Source of the DNA: an uncultured Actinomycetes bacterium
Lineage (GTDB): Bacteria; Actinomycetota; Thermoleophilia; Solirubrobacterales; Solirubrobacteraceae
Direction of reading: 5' to 3'
DNA: 64,000 nucleotides
Assembly: GCA_963779625.1 (NCBI GenBank)
Contig: CAVZYU010000005.1
Location: 564,373-628,372 of the forward strand
Below, one piece after another: positions 59,745-64,000 of the stretch; the stretch's first letter is position 1; every line of letters starts with the position of its first letter. The notes below the pieces were generated by a model. That model did no database searches and was not told the DNA's origin. It worked only from the letters and a program-made list of their open reading frames with translations. Position numbers and translations under genes: made by a program.

Positions 59745-61957
59745 TCACGTCCGACATCGACCGCCTGGTCGCTCGCGACCACCACGACCCGCATGCGCTG
59801 CTGGGCGCCCATCCGGGAGCGGACGGCGTCATCGTGCGCGCGCTGCACCCCGCCGCCGCGTCGGTCGTCGTGCAGCCCGCCGGCGTCGAGCTGCAGCGCG
59901 TGCATCCGGGCGGTGTGTTCGAGGGGGAGCTCCCGGGCGCGACGCTGCCGCTCGAGTACGAGCTCGAGATCCGCTTCGCCGACGGCACCACGTTCACGAC
60001 CCCCGACCCCTACCGCTTCGCGCCGACGCTCACCGACCTCGACGAGCACCTCTTCCGCGAGGGCCGCCACGAGCAGCTGTGGTCGAAGATGGGCGCGCAC
60101 GTCCGCGAGCTCGAGGGCGTCGCCGGCACGTCGTTCGCCGTGTGGGCGCCGGCCGCGCGCTCCGTGAGCGTCGTCGGCGACTTCAACTTCTGGGACGGCC
60201 GGCTGCACCCGATGCGGGCGCTCGGCGGGTCCGGCGTCTGGGAGCTCTTCGTCCCCGGCACCGGAGCCGGCGCGCGCTACAAGTACGAGATCCGCGCGCA
60301 GTCCTGCGAGCTGCTGATGAAGGCCGACCCGTTCGCCTTCGAGACCGAGCTGCCGCCGCTGACCTCGTCGATCGTCAGCGAGTCGACGTATGCGTGGCGC
60401 GACGGCGCCTACCTCGCCGAGCGGGCTGCGGGCTCGCCGCTCGCGAAGCCGATGTCCGTCTACGAGGTCCACCTCGGCTCCTGGCGGCTGAACCCGCTGG
60501 AGGACAACCGCGCGCTGACGTACCTCGAGCTCGCCGACGAGCTGGCCGCCTACGCGAGCGATCTCGGGTTCACGCACATCGAGCTGCTGCCGGTCATGGG
60601 CCACCCGTTCAGCGGCTCGTGGGGCTATCAGGTGACGTCCTACTACGCGCCGACCCCGCGCTTCGGCTCGCCCGACGACTTCCGCGCGTTCGTCGACCGC
60701 ATGCACGATCACGGCATCGGCGTCCTGCTGGACTGGGTCCCGGCGCACTTCCCGCGGGACGCCTGGGCGCTCGCGCGCTTCGACGGCACGGCGCTCTACG
60801 AGCACGAGGACCCGCGCCGCGGCTCGCACCCGGACTGGGGCACCCTCGTCTTCAACTACGGGCGCAACGAGGTGCGCAACTTCCTCGTCGCCAACGCGCT
60901 GTACTGGGCGCGCGAGTTCCACGCCGACGGGATCCGCGTCGACGCCGTCGCGTCGATGCTCTACCTCGACTACTCGCGCAAGGCGGGCGAGTGGGTCCCC
61001 AACGAGTTCGGCGGCCGCGAGGACCTCGAGGCCGTGGCGTTCCTGAAGGAGCTCAACGAGGTGCTGCACCGCGACGAGCCGGGGGTCGTCAGCGCGGCCG
61101 AGGAGTCGACCGCGTGGCCGGGGGTCTCGCGGCCGACGTACCTCGGCGGCCTGGGCTTCGGCTTCAAATGGAACATGGGCTGGATGCACGACACGCTGGC
61201 CTACTTCCAGCAGGACCCGATCCACCGCCGCTACCACCACCACGAGCTGACGTTCTCGATGGTCTACGCGTTCACCGAGAACTTCATCCTGCCGCTGAGC
61301 CACGACGAGGTCGTGCACGGCAAGGGCTCGCTCATCGACAAGATGCCCGGCGACCGCTGGCAGAAGCTCGCCAACCTGCGCAGCCTGTATGCGTTCATGT
61401 GGGCCCACCCCGGCAAGAAGCTGCTGTTCATGGGTCAGGAGTTCGCCCAGGGCGCGGAGTGGAGCCACGAGCGCTCGCTGGACTGGCACCTGCTCGAGCA
61501 GGGCGAGCACGCCGGCGTGCAATCGCTCGTGCGCGACCTCAACCGGATCCTCAAGAACACGCCCGCGCTCTACGAGGTCGACTTCGACGGCCGCGGCTTC
61601 TGGTGGATCGAGCCCAACGACGCCGATGCGAACGTCGTCGCGTTCGCCCGTGCCGGGGAGGACCCCGACCGCGACGTGCTGGTCGCGATCTACAACCTTT
61701 CGCCGGTGCCGCGCCCGGCCTACCGCGTGGGGCTCCCGCGCACGGGCCGCTGGGTCGAGGCGCTGAACACCGACTCGTCCTTCTACGGCGGGACCGACAC
61801 GGGCAACCTCGGCGGCGTCGAGGCCGAGTCGCTGCCCTGGGGCGGCCAGCCCGCCTCGGCCGAGGTGACCCTTCCGCCGCTGGGCGCCGTCTGGCTCGTG
61901 CCCGAGGCGCGGCCGCAGGTGCCCGCGCAACGTCCGGCCAGGCGCCCCCGGGCGTAG
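59741..61957 (+). CDS. glgB: 1,4-alpha-glucan branching enzyme
   Basis: FAVWAP.A..VSVVGDFN.WDG, GYQVTSYYAPT, DWVPAHF, GIRVDAVASMLY, EESTAWP and SHDEVVHGK. The GTG start overlaps the pep2 stop. Confidence 0.93.
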   Translation: MITSDIDRLVARDHHDPHALLGAHPGADGVIVRALHPAAASVVVQPAGVELQRVHPGGVFEGELPGATLPLEYELEIRFADGTTFTTPDPYRFAPTLTDLDEHLFREGRHEQLWSKMGAHVRELEGVAGTSFAVWAPAARSVSVVGDFNFWDGRLHPMRALGGSGVWELFVPGTGAGARYKYEIRAQSCELLMKADPFAFETELPPLTSSIVSESTYAWRDGAYLAERAAGSPLAKPMSVYEVHLGSWRLNPLEDNRALTYLELADELAAYASDLGFTHIELLPVMGHPFSGSWGYQVTSYYAPTPRFGSPDDFRAFVDRMHDHGIGVLLDWVPAHFPRDAWALARFDGTALYEHEDPRRGSHPDWGTLVFNYGRNEVRNFLVANALYWAREFHADGIRVDAVASMLYLDYSRKAGEWVPNEFGGREDLEAVAFLKELNEVLHRDEPGVVSAAEESTAWPGVSRPTYLGGLGFGFKWNMGWMHDTLAYFQQDPIHRRYHHHELTFSMVYAFTENFILPLSHDEVVHGKGSLIDKMPGDRWQKLANLRSLYAFMWAHPGKKLLFMGQEFAQGAEWSHERSLDWHLLEQGEHAGVQSLVRDLNRILKNTPALYEVDFDGRGFWWIEPNDADANVVAFARAGEDPDRDVLVAIYNLSPVPRPAYRVGLPRTGRWVEALNTDSSFYGGTDTGNLGGVEAESLPWGGQPASAEVTLPPLGAVWLVPEARPQVPAQRPARRPRA

Positions 61958-61958
61958 C

Positions 61959-61981
61959 TCAGGCCGCAACCGCAGGCCTGA
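61959..61981 (+). terminator. Hairpin TCAGGCC-gcaaccgca-GGCCTGA immediately after the glgB stop
   Basis: 7-bp stem starting 2 nt after the TAG. No U-tract. Confidence 0.35.
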
Positions 61982-62035
61982 CGAGCGCCTCCAGCTCGTC
62001 CACCGCGCTGCCCGCGCGCGCCGCTACAGCTCAAG

Positions 62036-62452
62036 TCAATGTGGGGTCGCCCCCCACCCCTCGGGTGCGACGGCGGCGATCGGCTGGGAGATCGACCAGG
62101 CGTGGCCCTCGGGGTCGCGGGCCATGAAGCGCCGCTCGCCGTACGCCTGATCGGCGGGCTCCTCGGTGATCTCGGCGCCCGCGGTCCTGGCGCGCTCGTA
62201 GGTCGCGTCGACGTCGTCGACGAGCACGCAGACCATCTGCGTGCGCGCGCCGACGTTGGCGGGGTTGCGGTAGTCGCCGCCCGGGTCGCCCATGTAGATC
62301 ACGCCGTCGCCGAGGCGCATCTCGGCGTGGTTGACGTAGCCCTCGGGGCCGGTGTGGCGCAGCGTCTCCTCGAAGCCGAACGCGCGCGAGAGGAAGTCCA
62401 GCGCCGCGTCGCAGTCCTCGTAGAGCAGGTAGGGGGCGATCGTCGGGGTCAT
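62036..62452 (-). CDS. VOC (glyoxalase/bleomycin-resistance) family protein
   Basis: 138 aa: IAPYLLYEDCDAALDFLSRAFGFEE...HAEMRLGDGVIYMGD...YGERRFMARDPEGHAWSI. These are the last 138 codons of track ORF 62036..62671. Confidence 0.8.
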   Translation of the reverse strand: MTPTIAPYLLYEDCDAALDFLSRAFGFEETLRHTGPEGYVNHAEMRLGDGVIYMGDPGGDYRNPANVGARTQMVCVLVDDVDATYERARTAGAEITEEPADQAYGERRFMARDPEGHAWSISQPIAAVAPEGWGATPH

Positions 62453-62615
62453 TGCGGTTCTCCTGTCGTCCGGTTCGTCGTGCGCCGCCGGCGGATCTCG
62501 GTGTCGAGCGCGTCGAGGCGTGCATGTCGCTTTGACAGCGGATATAGCGGTCAACTCGACACGCGTGGCGAAACGGTGCTCACGCTCCGAGCAGACGACG
62601 ACCTCCGCCGGCCGC

Positions 62616-63494
62616 TCAGGCAACCGCCCGCGCCGAGCCCTCGGCCCCCGCCTCGACCGGCGCGACCGCACCCTCTGGCACCCACCCCGGCCCCCGCAGC
62701 ATGTAGCCGGCCCGCGCGCGCCACCCGCGCGCCGCGCGCACGTCGCGAATGATCGCCCTGTACTCGTGGAAGGCGACCTCGGTCGGCTTGTAGGTCCTGA
62801 TGTTCTTCGTCAGGCCGTAGCGCACGCGCTCCTCCTCGCCGGCGAAGGTGCCGAACATGCGGTCCCAGATGATCAGGATCCCGGCGTAGTTGCGGTCGAG
62901 GTACTGCTCGTTGGCGCCGTGGTGCACGCGGTGATGGGAGGGTGTGTTGAAGAGCAACTCGATCGGTCGCCACAGGCGCCCGATGCGCTCGGTGTGGATC
63001 CAGAACTGGTACATGAGGCTGATCGCCTGCTGGGTGAGGATCATCCACGGCGGGAAGCCGAGCAGCGCGAGCGGCAGCCAGAAGGGCAGGTAGGTCATCG
63101 GCACCCAGGTCTGGCGCAGCGCGGTGCTGAGGTTGTAGTGCTCGCTGGAGTGGTGGACGACGTGGCTGGCCCAGAAGACGCGCACCTCGTGGCTGATGCG
63201 GTGAAACCAGTAGTAGGCGAGGTCGTCGAGGAAGAAGATCAGCACCCAGGCCCACCACGCGTCCGTGGGGATGCGCAGCGGCGTCAGCTCGTAGAGGCCC
63301 GCGTAGACGACGAGCACGACGAACTTCCAGCCGAAGTTGACCGCGACGTTGCCCAGGCCCATGCTGATGCTCGTCGCGGTGTCCTTCGTGTCGTAGCCGA
63401 CCAGCGCCTCGTTGCGCGCGATGAGAAACGAGATCCACTCGACGGCGAGCAGCAGCGCGAAGGCCGGGATCGCGTAGTACAGGACCTCAGCCAT
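62616..63494 (-). CDS. Fatty acid hydroxylase / sterol desaturase family membrane protein
   Basis: Histidine boxes HRISHE, HVVHHSSEHYN and HHRVHHG, with four TM segments. Confidence 0.85.
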   Translation of the reverse strand: MAEVLYYAIPAFALLLAVEWISFLIARNEALVGYDTKDTATSISMGLGNVAVNFGWKFVVLVVYAGLYELTPLRIPTDAWWAWVLIFFLDDLAYYWFHRISHEVRVFWASHVVHHSSEHYNLSTALRQTWVPMTYLPFWLPLALLGFPPWMILTQQAISLMYQFWIHTERIGRLWRPIELLFNTPSHHRVHHGANEQYLDRNYAGILIIWDRMFGTFAGEEERVRYGLTKNIRTYKPTEVAFHEYRAIIRDVRAARGWRARAGYMLRGPGWVPEGAVAPVEAGAEGSARAVA

Positions 63495-63996
63495 GGGTCG
63501 TCTCCTCTGTGCGGTGTGCGTTCTGGGTCAGCGCGATGGCGCGGTGCAGCAGGTCCGCGGCGGCGTCGGCGGCCGCGTCGGGGATGCGCGCCGCGATCGT
63601 CGCGACGAGCGTGCTCACCGCCTCGAGGTCGCAGGCCTCGCCCGTGAACAGCGCCCGCGACTGCGGCGCGTCGGGGTCCAGCCCGGCCAGCAGGCTGTTG
63701 TAGGCGAGGCGGTAGGCGATGTTGTCCGCGCCGTCGATGACGTGGTCCCACAGGTGGGCATAGACGAGCGGGGCCTGGGCCGGCGTCGCCAGCCGCTGGG
63801 TCTCCAGCGCCTCGTGCAGCGCGTCGACGGTCGCCGGGGTCGCGCGCTCGGCGCAGCGGCGCGCGGCGTCGACGCCGACCGACAGGCGCAGCTCGAGGAT
63901 CGAGCGCAGCAGCGCGGGGTCGGGCTGCTCGCCGGGCGTGGTGAGGGGCAGGTGCGCGAGGAGGTCCAGGCCACCCGTCGCGCGCCAGTCGAGCAC
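63487..63996 (-). CDS. FadR-subfamily GntR regulator, C-terminal effector domain only; N-terminal wHTH lies beyond the window edge
   Basis: DWRATGGLDLLAHLPL...LLRSILELRLSV...LWDHVIDGADNIAYRLAYNSLLAGL parallels E. coli FadR FWETSGLNILETLARL...LLSVRTNIS...[24 protein letters not shown]. The reading frame stays open toward position 64000. Confidence 0.6.
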   Translation of the reverse strand: MLDWRATGGLDLLAHLPLTTPGEQPDPALLRSILELRLSVGVDAARRCAERATPATVDALHEALETQRLATPAQAPLVYAHLWDHVIDGADNIAYRLAYNSLLAGLDPDAPQSRALFTGEACDLEAVSTLVATIAARIPDAAADAAADLLHRAIALTQNAHRTEETTHG

Positions 63997-64000
63997 GCGC

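Overview
Very GC-rich (about 70% or more by eye), gene-dense chromosomal segment. It looks actinobacterial: a complete GlgE alpha-glucan pathway, a fabD-acp-kas-carboxyltransferase operon like the mycobacterial FAS-II operon, many 4-nt start/stop overlaps, and promoters that look leaderless. I support about 60 CDSs and one tRNA-Thr(CGT). They include: tmk, holB, a PHP phosphoesterase and glycerate kinase; a ZIP transporter and a MarR-MFS pair; glcDEF; two two-component systems; a P-II/amt/P-II operon; a MocR regulator; a PAP2-DAGK fusion; fabD-acpP-fabF; TrpB2; a DUF3311 plus solute:sodium symporter pair; lepB; two tandem multicopper oxidases; malQ | glgE-treS-pep2-glgB; and a FadR-like regulator with a fatty-acid hydroxylase. 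I found no CRISPR array, rRNA, integrase/transposase or obvious defence island. Most long ORFs in the six-frame track are shadow ORFs (wrong-frame or antisense ORFs typical of high-GC DNA) and were rejected. Things most worth a second look: (1) two tandem Tat-signal multicopper oxidases, each ending in a Gly/Ser linker and an acid-free Lys/Arg/Ala/Pro tail of about 100 aa with two conserved Cys; (2) a 1,884-aa tail-anchored coiled-coil protein whose start overlaps the tmk stop, containing about 17 tandem 14-residue repeats; (3) a secreted, internally duplicated LTXXQ (CpxP/Spy/ZraP-like) His/Gly-rich protein leading an OmpR/HK operon, with two PepSY paralogs nearby sharing an upstream motif; (4) a 70-nt structured intergenic element present twice (69/70 identical); (5) a FAS-II-like operon whose carboxyltransferase is cut down to one 199-aa half-domain and is followed by a thioester reductase; (6) an ammonium transporter flanked by two P-II genes, with a 20-bp perfect palindrome upstream. 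All functional calls come from reading motifs by eye; no database search was run.
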